Positions 35,920 through 49,400 of a stretch of 64,000 bases of DNA are shown in pieces. Position numbers and translations under genes: made by a program. The stretch's first letter is position 1. Each line of letters starts with the position of its first letter. The stretch lies in contig CM120646.1 in assembly GCA_051362555.1 (NCBI GenBank), positions 15,066,001-15,130,000 on the forward strand. Reading direction: 5' to 3'. This DNA is from Lingula anatina. Its lineage: Eukaryota > Animalia > Brachiopoda. The notes beneath the pieces were generated by a model. It was given only the letters and a program-made list of their open reading frames with translations, was not told the origin of the DNA and made no database searches.

Positions 35920-36122
35920 CTCACCCCCTCATCGAGTTCAGACATATAAGTAATATTTAATCTGGTCATTTATATTAGTTTCAAATAAGACTGTTGTTTG
36001 ATGGTCGGTGAAACGATGTTATGGTTTAAATGACCCCCAGAGTTGAACAAGGCTCAATGGGGACCGCACCATTCTTGCCTGTTCTCTGTTGCCAATCCTA
36101 ATCCTGATAAAGAGTTGTAAAT

Positions 36123-39100
36123 ATGGACGCGGAAGGAGGGACGCATGTAGGGGGAAATGAAGGAAAATTTCCCTCGAGGTTCGTCCCAAGAAGCGCTACA
36201 GATGAAGACGACAGTATAGAATCGCCCCAATTTGAAAATTCTTTCAAACCAAGCTTCGAAAGGAATAATCTTCGAAGCGCGATCAGAAATCAGGAGGCGC
36301 AAAGTTATGGCTCAGCTGACGAGTCCTCGTCGTCGGACGACCAGCTACTCATCCCGAAGAGTGAGCGAGCTCCCTCCAGAGTACAGGGGTTTGAGGCAAG
36401 TGAGACAGAGCTGGGGAACGTAGACCACTGTCATCTACCCAGGACTGACCAGAAAAACTTATCAACTGCTAGAAAACAACTCATTGTTGTCTGTGTTTTG
36501 AGTGGCATGTTCATGATAGGAGAAATTGTAGGTGTGTACTTATGTTTACTTAAGAAAGTTTAGTACCTCTCCCGGAAACATTTGCTTAGATCTACACACA
36601 CAGTTATGGGTGGGGTCGTGGACATAATTGATCACAATAACTATGATCAGTAGTGGGTGTCCTAATACAGATATGAAAAATTGAAGGCAGGGAGGATTTA
36701 GGGTTATCCTTGCCCCAGGTTTCACCTCTCCCAAAATCTGTTCCACTTGACCACTGTAGTGATGCACAAATCTACCCCATCCCCTCCCTTTGTGTGCATT
36801 TAAACTTACACACAGAGCACATACAGTATATGAGTCACTATGCATTCTTTATTTATCAAATTTCACTTTCATTACCTTGGCCAAGGAGGTCATGTTTTTG
36901 CCTTTGTTGGTTTGCTAGTTGATAGCCTATTTTATAAGTATCTCAGAATTGAAGGACAGTAAATGTTTTGTCATCTGAAAGCCAATTAGAATTATACCCT
37001 CATTTTTAATATTTTTTCATTATTGTTATTATTATTATTATTGTTGTTGTGGTTCAATCAGTGACATTAAGTGCTTTACATTTCAGGTGGAATCTACTCC
37101 AACAGTCTTGCACTTCTCACAGATGCAACACATTTAGCCAGCGATTTGGCAAGTTTCATCATCAGTTTATTTGCTCTCTTTGCTACCACAAAAGCCCCCA
37201 CAGTTCGCATGACATTTGGCTACCACAGGGCAGGTAAGGAGATTATTACCCTACCCCAACTCCCACCCACTTCCCCCACCCCCACCACCACCAAAGTGGA
37301 AATGAAATACATGAAATAACATTCTGGAAAACTTATTTTAGAGAGGCTTGAAAGCTTGAGAACTTCAAGGTACAGGCCTGTAGCCTGCAATTTCAATGGA
37401 GTCGTTCCCTTTTTTTTCTGAAAAAGTGGACCTTTTCACCCTGTATGTAGTTGACCCTACTTGAGAAATGGGATGGAACTTCGAGCAAATTTTGATTCAG
37501 AGTGGACCTTTTCTGACTAAAAGGCAGTTCTTTTTAGACAGCCCGGCTCCCCCACCCTAACGCCTCGAGACACAGCCGTGCCACACCTGCTATGAGCTTA
37601 ACATCATGTACATGTTTGTCTTGTTCTTCAACTTTGAGTCAACATTGCTTTTTAAAATGCCTCTTAATTTGCATTTTCAAATTTAACTCAAATTTAATAA
37701 ATGAACTAAATAGGTTTGAATATTCTGTTATGCCTAAGGCATTAAATTATCACCAAACATTTTCTCTTGCAGGCAGTGTTTACTTCTCATCATAGTGCTT
37801 ACTAGTTAAGAATTTTTAAATAAAATTTCAGAGGTAGTTGGTGCTCTAGTGAGTGTGTTACTGATCTGGGTGGCTACAGGAGTGCTGCTGTACCTGGCTG
37901 TGGACAGGGTGATGCACAACCACTATGAAATCATGGGAGATGACATGATCATCACTGCTGGCTGCGGAGTAGCTTTTAATATGATGTAAGTGAAGCTGAG
38001 TGAATGTGATTTATTTCTGGAGTAAATGTTTTGACCTTGCATGATGTTTGCTTAAATTTTTAGTCCACATGTTTTTTATTTTATATACATGTGTCTTCAG
38101 ACTGTGTTGGGGATTTGTATTTAAATGTAATGATATTTTGATTATTGATTTGAACTTTTTCAGGGTTTTCCTCTTGGTTATGTCACATTTACCTATGTCA
38201 GCTTAAAACAAAAAATTCATTAGATATGAAGCCTTTGCATTTTGATAATCAAGATTCAAGTGATCTTACTGATTCTGTTGCAGCATGGGACTGGTGCTAC
38301 ATTCAGAGTCTTTTGCATGCAAATTCAATATATCATTTGGTCATGGTCATAGTCATGGAGGTGGTCATGGTCATAGTCATGGAGGTGGTCATAGTCATGG
38401 TGATCATGATGGTCATGGTCAGCAGAAAAAGTCAAAGAAAAACCTTGTGATCCGAGCAGCGTTTATTCATATCCTTGGAGATCTAATACAAAGTGTAGGA
38501 GTGCTCATTGCAGCTTATATTATTAGGTATAAGGTAAGTGCATGGAGTGAACCTTAAACTGTGCTCAAATTGGATTAATATAATTTTTAAAGGGAAACCA
38601 GTTTTCTTTAATTATTTAATTGATTTTTTAAAATTTTATTTACACCTCTGAGACACCCCTTAGAATACGAACTGAATGTTCTATCCCCTTGTTGCATTTT
38701 GTACACTTATATCAAAATTTAATTTCTATTACATATGGCTTGTGACACATGCATGCAGACTTTAAGACAGAGGTTCAGTGGTACATATGTACACGTGTAC
38801 TTCTGATAGTAATGACAATACGTGTACGTTTTGTTTTCTATTTCAGCCAGAATACAAGATAGCTGATCCTATCTGTACATTTATCTTCTCCATACTAGTA
38901 TTATTTACCACAATAACAGTGCTACGTGATGCATATTATTTAATTATGGAAGGTATGTGATATGAGTGACTAAAATATCTATTGATTTGATCAAAACAAC
39001 AGATGTTTAATACTGTCAGTGATTTGATAAAAACAGGTGTTTTGGTTTTATGGTTTCTCTGTTTTATTCAGCACTTCCCGTGCAAAGATGTGACAAAAAA

Positions 39101-39999
39101 TTCTGTAAAATGCACTGAACCCTTTTAATTAATTTCTTTTAGTTGATTGCCGTAGTGATACATATTTACAATATCTGTTCTACATTGTTGGTTTTTATAT
39201 CAGCTGCTCCGAAACATCTTGACATCAAGAAGATCGAGGAAGATTTGGAGGCCATTCCCAATGTCAAGATGGCGCACAGTCTTCATATCTGGTCTCTCGC
39301 CATGGACAAACCTGCTGTGACAACACATCTCGCTGTTGGTGAGTGCAATTTGGACTTCTGCTTTTTAGGTGGAAAATTTTAATTTATCACTAGTCTTTGT
39401 TTTAGTCTTTTAAATCGAGTAAAAGTTAAGGAAATTTATTGAATTTTGTGAAAGTGAAGAAAAATGGGAATTGTGAATAAATATTACTGCAAAGGGGGGT
39501 GAGGGAGGGTAAGGTCTTTGGGCTCTATTTGTTCTTTATTATGTGTAAACAGACATTTAAAGAGTCAATTTATATTTAAAAAATAAAATGAAATTTAGTT
39601 GAAGGTTATGGCAGAAGGATGATCTGGATTAGTCTGAAGGGGTATAATTTCCCATCACTTGCCAAATTATAATGTTGAGGTTCACTCAGAAACACATGGG
39701 AATTAGAAATAAAAAAGCATGTCCCAAATGGCATGTGGGTCAACCTAAGCATCAATAATCATCTTACCTATTCTGTACCCTGCAGTTATAATCATTATAT
39801 TTATTTCTGTTTATAATCTCCAGGGCCAGATGCAGATCCATTTAGTGTGTTAAAGCAAGCCACGCGGCTGCTGAGGTCCAAGCATGGTCTTGTCCACTCC
39901 ACTGTCCAGGTGGAGCCATATGATGAGGTCATTATGCAATCCTGTGGTCAATGCCTAGGACCTACCAGGAGACGAAGTCCAAGCAGTCCAAGTGTGTAG
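36123..39999 (+). CDS. SLC30A2: Zinc transporter ZnT2/3/8-like (SLC30A, CDF family; ~458 aa)
   Basis: Exons 36123-36531, 37087-37233, 37832-37985, 38284-38533, 38847-38952, 39204-39338, 39824-39999. [27 protein letters not shown], His-rich loop, [34 protein letters not shown]-terminal CGQC. Confidence 0.95.
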
Positions 40000-40075
40000 T
40001 GATGACCTTTGGAGGAAGTACATATCCCATGTTATTAAAGAGGGTTTAGAAAACCCCAAACCTGCAATATTGAAT

Positions 40076-40165
40076 TTCCGTGGGATGTGGGATTCCCCTG
40101 GGATATAAAGCTTCCGTGGGATATGAGGTTATTTTGGGATACAGAGTACCACTGTGGTATAAAAC
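40076..40165 (+). repeat. Degenerate 18-bp tandem repeat in the ZnT 3'UTR
   Basis: TTCCGTGGGATGTGGGAT / TCCCCTGGGATATAAAGC / TTCCGTGGGATATGAGGT / TATTTTGGGATACAGAGT. Confidence 0.6.
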
Positions 40166-43100
40166 TTTCAGGGTTGATTAGCAGTGTACGGCCACGTTAT
40201 GTCTAACAGCTGTCTAAAATTGAAAGCATTCTCTATATTGTGAGATCCTATGTGTCTAGTCATGTTATAATTATTGGCTGTTTTCATTTTTAACTGTAAT
40301 GCGTGCTTGTGAAAATTGCTAGACAGCCCAGTATTGAATCAAATGCACATGGTATTCGAGATTACTTGAAATTTGGGGATGGATGAAATGGTTAGAGCAC
40401 ACACTCGTACAAACAGCTGATTTTAAAGTATATTTTTGTTTTAAATGAAAAATTGATAAAGAGTAATTAGTATCACAGAAGAGCAGCAAATTTGACATGT
40501 CATTGAATCATCATTGTAAGTAAGATAATATGAGTTTGCTTCACATTATGACTTTTTAGACAGACTGGTACTGGGTACATATTACCAGTTTCCCCAGTGT
40601 AATACACTGTCAGCTGTCACTGAATGATCCAAGATATCAAGAAAATTTCCCATTTGTAGATCTACCCACTTTTGGGTAGCATCTAGGGATTAATCATCTC
40701 ATTTGCTTTGGGAAATATGGTGGGGGATGAGGGCAGGTTCTTCCAATATACAAGTTCTTCACTGTACAGGATATAATGAAAATGTTTACGTTCAAAAGTG
40801 ACACTTGAGAATAATCAGTACAGTGTAAATCGGTGACTCATATTTGTCATAATTAATCTGGGATATCATGGAGATAAATGAAGCTGTTATCAGTGTGTGT
40901 GATTGAGTACTATCACAAATTACAATAGCTTATTTGTATTATGCAGCATCAGAATGTAGAGTATTGAAATCTGAAAGGTAGGAGTTTCACTATCCATTAG
41001 CAGTGGATCTTATATTTCCTTTAAACTCTCTATCTATTTAGGTACAGCTTTTGTACATTCACACGGATGTGTCTGTCATGTAGAGTGGCCATAAATAAGC
41101 CCAAAAGTTTAAATTTAAAGCCAAAAATGAAGCAAAGTTCCATTAATATCATTCCTTGGAATTAAGTTTAAGTTTCGCTTGTTTCTGACCGCAGTCCTTA
41201 GTTTTTTTGGTGGTGAATGTAGAGAAGATAGGAAAAGGATATAATTCTGTAATTGAAAGTTACCCAGTTTCTTTACCAACCCTTAGAAAAGGCAACTTTT
41301 TAATCCTAAGGCATGAGATGTGGCCCCACGAGGGGTAAAATCTTATGGTTAAGGATGGATTGAGGAGTGCAACTTTCCAAGAGATCATGACATACGTTGT
41401 GTTATGGCAGTGTATTTTAGACTGATATTCATACTAATGAAACCTTGCTGTTGAAGCAAGTTTTCAGGTCCTAGCTTCCTAGTCAGACTTTTACCTCACT
41501 AGAGGCAGTGCCATAAAGAGGCAAATAAAGTATGTCTCTGACTCTCTGAATTAAGATGGCTTGTCTTTGAAAAAAATGTTGGTCACTCTTTTGAATCAAA
41601 TTGAATATGTATAAGAGTGAAGATAGATGTAGGTTTGATAGGTCAGAACTTACAGATTCACTGTTAAGACTTGCAGCTGAGTTACATATACTCACACACT
41701 ATGCCTGTAGTACAGGAATTGAAGGTTATTCTTCATATTTATTTATATAAAAATATCAATATAATTTTATGATAAAAGTGTGGTGCAGTAATATATATAT
41801 ATATAATAGCTTTATGATATCCTATTGAAAATATGTTAAATATGATGATATAATTAATTCATGATTATATGTCAAGTCCCATTTAAAAACCACTTATTTT
41901 AGATTTTTTTATTTTGCTGACATTTTGAAAATTATATATCAGATGTACTTGGAATCAGTTTATTACTTTGCTAAAAGTAAAGGCAGTCATTTATTACATT
42001 ATATACTGACAGACATAAATTTCCCTTAAGTTAATTTCTATGTCATACCACTCAATGTATTATCCAGTCAGTAACCTTCAAGTAGGTAGATATTTAGGCC
42101 TTTGATTGAATTCCCATTACTAAATGAATTTATAAATCAATCAATCAATAAGTTAAAAGATATGATATTTATTGACGTTACCATGTTTGTTTATCAAGTT
42201 GTGCTTCCAGCTGATATACTGTTTTTCCAAAGTTTATGAAAAAGAAACTAATTACTTTGTTTATTGTATATTTCAATGATAAAACGGTGTGAACAGATCT
42301 GTTTGTTTCAAGTTTTTGTTTTAAACTATTCAAATATACAGAGACAGTTATTGAGCAGTGTGGGCCAGTTTTGTCCAATTATTTTATGGGCACGATATGG
42401 CTTAGAGTATAACATTAACCTCCATCCAAAAACAAATAAAAAAAGTGTTTAGCTTAATAAAAAAGTAATATGTATCAGTTTATTCAGAGCTGTATGTACC
42501 TCTTACTGTGATTAATCAGATTTGTTGGCTGTTATGTGGTGGATCACTCATTCTCTGTTCTTTCAGTTTTTTCTCAGCGGATTATCTGTAGCTTCACACT
42601 GAATCTCCATTTATGCCAGCTTTTAGAGGGTCTGTTTTTGGTCAAATAAAAAGTATATAATGTAATAAAATAATTTATCCCAGAGACCAGCACAGACACA
42701 GGGAGGCGATTTTTTTGGCATTCCTTTTTTCTCATATCAAAGAGTAATTGAGGATGGCAGATTCTGTATTACTAGTTCTAACAGTGGCTCTGTTGCAAGG
42801 GACAAAGTTTTTGATTTGAAGTTGAGGTTCAGTTTAACCTCTGACCAGATATTATCATATTCACTGTTTTGAGGCTTCTTAAAATGATTACTATCTATGC
42901 AATATTTCTATCAAATTTTATCATGTTTGTGAATAAATAATCATTAAAATGAGTGACTGTACTTTGTTCATTTATTATAGTGAAATTGAATATACTGGGA
43001 TTATGCCTTACCAAGAAGTAGAATAAACACTTAGATACTACATTGTTCTAAAAATGATATGTACATTTGTTAATTTTTTCCATCCAGTGTTGTTGCTTGC

Positions 43101-45289
43101 TTACTTCATTTTAAAAAGCTAACTTTTGCAAACAAGAATTTGCTAAATCACAAAAAATAAAGTAATAAAATGTTCCTCTGTGTTCAATGTAAAATATAAA
43201 GAGAAAACAGTCATGTAATACCTCGATATTCAATAAAACACAGGCAGTATTTTTCCACGCTGTTACTGAATGCCAAACAAATCGCAGCCATTTGACTTTA
43301 ATTATGGGCCAAATATATGAAGAACCGTGTGATAATATCAACAGCCATTAATGGTTATGGCTTTTATTAAAGGGTTTGCTTCATGCCGTCAGAATGGCCT
43401 GAACGGAACATATTCTTCAGAAAACATGCCCAACTAACGATATCTTTATCCAAATACACAAATTAAAAGCTCATTTTGTAAATTTTTGGCTTTAAAAAAC
43501 GTCCTATTTGCTCGGCCTGGGAGTTAATGAGCTACGTGGTCACGTGGTCCAATGACGACAATCGAGCCACTGAAGAACAGAGCGTGCTTAGCTGTCAAAC
43601 TGAGCTGCATTGTCTACCTGTAAGATGACTTCTCTGGCTTCTGATAAAAGTTTATACTCATTCAGATCTCTTACCCGAGGGGTCTAAATCCTCGTGAAGC
43701 TGTGTAAAACCATTTCCCGTCTAGTCATTTCTTTAACAAGCATTTCATTATGGTTATCCCAAGTTGTATAAAACACTGCATTTGAATGAGTTAAGGGAAA
43801 TGTTGATTATTGCATATGAGGTCCATGTTATTTGTGAAATTCAATTTATTTTATTAAACCGCTGACACTCCGTCTTGCATACTTTTATTAAACTGAGGTA
43901 AACAATGCCCGTTACCTTTACAAGTCCTATCTTAATCATCCATCTACCTGGAACTTCCTTTACCTCTTAATTAGAGGGTTAAATGGCATTCAATTTGTCT
44001 TGCTTGTATCGAACGCACTCTCTATCTAAGCTTTTCTCCAGTTATCTCAGGTAAAAATCTACCTGTGCGTTAGTTACAAAGCGCAGCTCCCGTAGACCTG
44101 GGGGTACTAGATAAAATCTGAACACCAGGTTTATCGAGGAGCTAGAGAAAGAAAGGAAGAATTTTTCCTGCAAAACTTCATAGGAATGTTAACACGGACT
44201 TGATCCAGCTTTGACCTCCAAACTAACAGGGTGACATGGGCAATTTTCACAAACAAATCATAAAACTATATTTCAGTTAACCGCCTTTAAAATAAATATA
44301 CCGTTCTGGGTAAATTAAAATAGTTATTAAATCGCAAGAATATTTTTGACTTAAATGATGATTTTATTATTAATGGAAATTAAGCTACTATATGAGGTAC
44401 ATTTGCTGTGATTACGCTGTCCTTCATGTTTTGCGTAAGTCTACATTTTGCTGTATGTGCTTGTAATCTTTTTAAATATGTGCGTACAATTTTTGCAGGT
44501 CTGGTTACCCCCCTGTTATGTGATGAGAGTATTAATTTGGCAATTAGTTCCTTAGCTTATTTGAATAGAATTGCAGTGTAAAATTTTTAACAAGATGTTG
44601 GCGAAATAGCCCATTACTCTTTGTAGGTATTTCCCCCGTCAAAGTTGGTCTAAAATTATCTTTCAATCTTTACTCTTTCAAAGACAGTATAAAGTTACCT
44701 GACATATTTTCGTGTAAACTTAATGACAAGCCAAGTGTCTCCAGTTCATTCCGTACTCAATTTTACCCAAGCAAATTTTTTTCTTGAGTAGATCTTTATA
44801 GCACGTTGTTATAAGCTTACAAATTTGCAAAAAAAAATTGCGTACTGACGCAGAATTTGCGTTTCAAGTTATAAAATAATCAATCTTTTAAATTCTTTAA
44901 TATTTCAGATGAAATAATCTTCAGAAACAAATCCTCAAAGCATAAACGAATTAGGATAACGAACCATTTTATTATAGCAGTTCCCATTTTTTCTTTAATA
45001 TAACGCTCTTTTTCCTGTTTTTCCTCAACACGTTTTCTTCCACGGAAGCTTCAAGATACCCTGAGAGCAATTTCTTTTATTAATGTTCGCGACCGTGTTT
45101 GAACTTAATTGTTTAAGTATTGATATTTAACGTCATTTACAAATACCAATAAAATAACCCCATGAAATAAATGAGATATATTGAAAAATATGAAAGCCCA
45201 CCAAGACGAGTTTCATACCTGTTATTACCTGGCTTGGGAATTGCAGCGGTGCATAATTAACAGGTTTGTTGTAAACGAGCTTTTGGTCA

Positions 45290-45831
45290 ACTACAATGCA
45301 TTTAAAATGCATCAGCAATCAGTAAGTTTGCCAACTGATGACAGTTAATCTGAAAGACTACCAGCTCTTGATATGATCTAAACCACCTGAGGTGACCATG
45401 ATCTAGAGCATCGCAACTATTGTCACCGAAGTTAGTAAGTAAGTCACGGAAGACCGTCACAGACAAAGAAAGATTGTCAACGAGAGCTGCAATTTTGGTG
45501 AATCCCACGGCAACACACCGAGGCATAACGAAAATTCCTCAACTCCGTTCAACACAACTTTCCTTAACTTCTCCGTCTGTATGCACCTGCAGCTCAGTTG
45601 AGTCTCATAGACCTTTATCGTGATTGTCGTCACAGTACCACGTGACCCAGATCTGTTGCTTCATTTTTGCATATTGAGGTGAGGTTTACTAAAACGCTTT
45701 TTTTCTACTAATAGATTGTTTTTATAATTTTTAAATGGCGGGGATCGATTAAAACATACCTCTAGTGTATAGATTGAGTGCTGTATCTTCAAAATTCGAG
45801 AAATGGATTTTTACATGAACATTGTCCTTTA
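45290..45831 (-). pseudogene. Decayed THAP-domain remnant, possibly of a Kolobok/P-type transposon
   Basis: MPRCVAVG... start (45526) and a downstream ...HF in another frame resemble the THAP C2CH signature; Kolobok-like end CATTGTCCTTTAA near 45831. Confidence 0.3.
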
Positions 45832-45963
45832 AGAATACAATCATTAAGTTAAACATATACAATAAATACTCATATGTATGTTGAGCCAAGTGAATGTTTG
45901 CAAGACAAAGACGAGGACTAAACGTATCTGCAACAATGTGTTGGTTGGGAAATGGTCAAATTG

Positions 45964-46188
45964 ACCCCATTTCCATAGATTTTAGATCGATCTATCCCTG
46001 TGGGGAGTCTCACTAGATTACTGTCAGCTTAGCCGGCTTAAGCGTCTGTCCCGCCTACTAAAAGCTGTAAGGGGGTAATTAACTATGGTGCGCGCTCGGC
46101 TGACTGCAATTTAGCGTGAACCCCCAGGGAGTTAGGTCGATCTAAATCTAAATCTCTGGATCGATCTAAATCTCTGGGAATGCACCCA
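45964..46188. mobile_element. PIF/Harbinger-like MITE (inverted relative to 13938-14152)
   Basis: Internal GGGGAGTCTCACTAGATTAC...TTAGCGTGAACCCCCAGGGAGTTAGG is the reverse complement of 13980-14115. Confidence 0.75.
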
Positions 46189-46403
46189 TAGTGTCACGTG
46201 GTGGGAGTCGGCCAACCAAAGCGTTAATATACCACGTGAGAAACTCACTAGTCCCGTTTCCGTTGTGCCCAGTAAAAATCAGCACGTGCTATTGACATTT
46301 TGAAGTCACAGATATTACAGTTTCGGCACAACTGAGACGTTTAGGAAAATCTGCCCGCCCACTTTCTAAATGTGCAAATAAATATAAAAATCCAGTTTTA
46401 TCA

Positions 46404-49400
46404 TTACATGATAGAACATTTTTCTTCGCTTTTGGCCGTAAGTTTCTCATACTCCCGAAGCTCGTTTAGGTACTCTACTGGGGGCCATTGGTTCTCTTCC
46501 ACATATTCCAAGTTTTTCTCTTGAAGAAGAGGGAACTCTGGTCTATTTTTAAAACACTGATAGTTCGTGGAGATAAAGTGAAGGCACCAATTAGCAAGCT
46601 GCTCTGCATTGTGGATCTGAGAATATAAAAATAAATAAACGTTTTTAAAAGCTACACATGACTACAAATATCATCGACATTAATCTGTAAAACATAAATT
46701 AGAGATCAATAAACCAAGAAAGGCGGGGTTTATCCAAACTGTATTCGTTAAAATACAATGTGTTTTAAGATATTATTCGCCACTGTAATCAAAGCTGAGA
46801 ATGCACATGTACATAAGCTGTCCACTACCTGTGACGTCAGCAGTAACCCTATGACGTCAATGTCTGATTTTTCTATGTTGTCTCTGCAGGACCTGTCTAC
46901 TTCCTTTGTTATGTATAACTCGCACAGGTTGACCAACCGACGCTGGCAGTATTCGTCCGCGAGGACCATGATACCGACAGAATCTCCATCCTCTATGGGG
47001 GCGTGGTCTGTGTAAAGGTATTCCAAGAAAGCAAGGAAACATTCCGATGTCACGTCAGATAGCGGTACCTGTAGGAAAGTAGAGTTAATGTACGTGCGTT
47101 ATTAGCCCGTTTTAGTGTAAAAATTTACCGTAATGGCTGACACATCGGAACATAAGAAGTAAAATGACTGATAGCACGGATCATGTCGCGTCTGGCTATT
47201 CTACGTCGGAGATAATATGTTTTCCAATAATGAACAAGAACAGAAAATCTATTTTATGTCTGTATGAAAAAAAATCAAACGCAGTGGCTACATTAATACA
47301 ATATCTGATAATGCATTCCTGGCTAAGCCTGTACGATAGAATTATGAAAAGGTAAAAATAACAATAAAATACAACGAAATTTACCTCTGTCATACAGGAA
47401 GAACCCTCACTAAAATGGCCGCTGAACATGGCAGATAACACGTCACAGCGAGCCGACAAGACAACACGATGGGCATACACTTTTTGACCTGTTGGGAAAA
47501 AACAAATTGAAAATCACAAAAAGGCTCAATGAAGCTAGATAACAAGGTATGACTGACTTCGGGCATTAGGCAGCGAGTGCATTTCAACGAGCGTCAATTG
47601 GTGCACTTTCATTTTCTTAACATTTTGCTGATAGCTTTACCGGTTTATATTAAAACTGCAACGATTCCATCGAAATTCTCTATATCTCAATTCTGCTTTA
47701 TTTGGGAAAAAGTCCAACTTCATTTTCAGATTTTCACTGACGATAAGGCGGGAGAAGTCGTCTGCTTTGAACTCGGTTTGATCGTCTGCTCGAGAAGCAG
47801 ACACAATTATTCAAGCGTCTCAAAGACTCTGGGTAAGGTTTAATAGTTTTTTAAAATATTAATATACAAATTGTACCTTCTACTATGAACACAATGTCGG
47901 CCCACTCAGGCTGATTGAGGAACAGCTCTTTCAAGCTCTGTCCGGTCAGGTCATTTAAGAATGTCCCTATACTCGGGTTCAAAAACTCTTCCTCGTTCTT
48001 CTTATTTCTACATATCGTCTCCAGGTGAGGGAGTTGGAATATTTTAGCAACCCTTGTGATTTCATCCAGTTCTTGGTCCGAGATATCGTCTTTAAGGTCT
48101 GGCACACCTTGAGAAATAAGAATGATATCTCTACAACTCTGAAGTTTACAGGGTACATATAAAATAGTATCCTTTACTTCTTTACGAATTTATACATTTA
48201 AAAACAAAATAACATTGAATTTAGTCAAAGCATAGTCAAATTATCAAGTCCTCTGTTAAAAACATTGACACACTTAACACAGACAACTACTTAACTCATT
48301 AAATCTGACATTAATATAATCGATCGCGAACCAGACAAACCTGTATACAAAAATTCCAGCACTTGTACGAACGCAGCCCCTTTGATGTCTGCACTTAGTT
48401 CTATAACAGTTTTCATAATGTCCTTATTCCCCTCCTGTTTTTCCTGCCATATGCCTGCCAGACCTTCCACTTTCCCAGACGCAATGTCTTCCCACGTAAA
48501 CGTGCTCCCCGGGGAAAACTTTGTCAGCTGGTTATTCTGCGGAAAAACAAAAGATATACAAACTTAAGATTTAATATGGTTTATTTTTTCAGTATCATTT
48601 TCTTCAATTTCTTCATATTTCCCGACCGATACATAAAAACAAACATAAAAAAACACGGTACATAACAATGCTATCACATTGCGACTTGCCTAAAATCGTT
48701 GTCCGTAGGTTCAATAACGAGTGCAATTTAACTCAAAATAACTCACCTCTTCTTTCAGTTTTCTCGAGAATATTTGCCTGAACATCTTTGACGCCCCACA
48801 CAGAATCACCCGATGAGCGTCTAAATGCTGCTGTCCCTCCACCAGAAATGTGACGTCAGCATGGACCGGGTTTTGCAATACTTTTTTCCAGTCCTCGGCA
48901 AATGTTGACGTCTCTACCGTCAGCCATGGCGCTTTACCTATCGAATACATTTGATGTAATTCAGTTACTTTTAGAATATAATATTACGCTGGTTATTACT
49001 ATGTAAATAACAAATGGTCCTATTTTCTTCATACAAATGAGGCGACGACAACGCCTTAACAGTGAATGAGAGAATCTATGTGTTTCAGTTTGTTTGTTTC
49101 CATGCGTACAAAAACGCTGTATTTTTATTAGGAAATGTTATAAAACTATTGATCAATATGATAACCATGTTTCACGCACGAAGTCTACAATCAATCAACC
49201 GGATAAATAACTAGTTTTGTATTGATTGATATTTTTTTCATATGGAAGAATAACCTTTAAAACCACGATGAGGACAGTCTTGAAATAGGCGTGAACGGGC
49301 ACGCAAATTTGAAAATTATTGTAAAACTTGATAATTTTTTTCATAGACTGGTATCCGAGCATTACGAAGATTAAACATCTTTTGAATCTCTGAATGTGTA

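Noticed and set aside
43530-43625. E-box/CCAAT cluster followed by a GTAAG donor
   Set aside because: No downstream exon or ORF could be supported.
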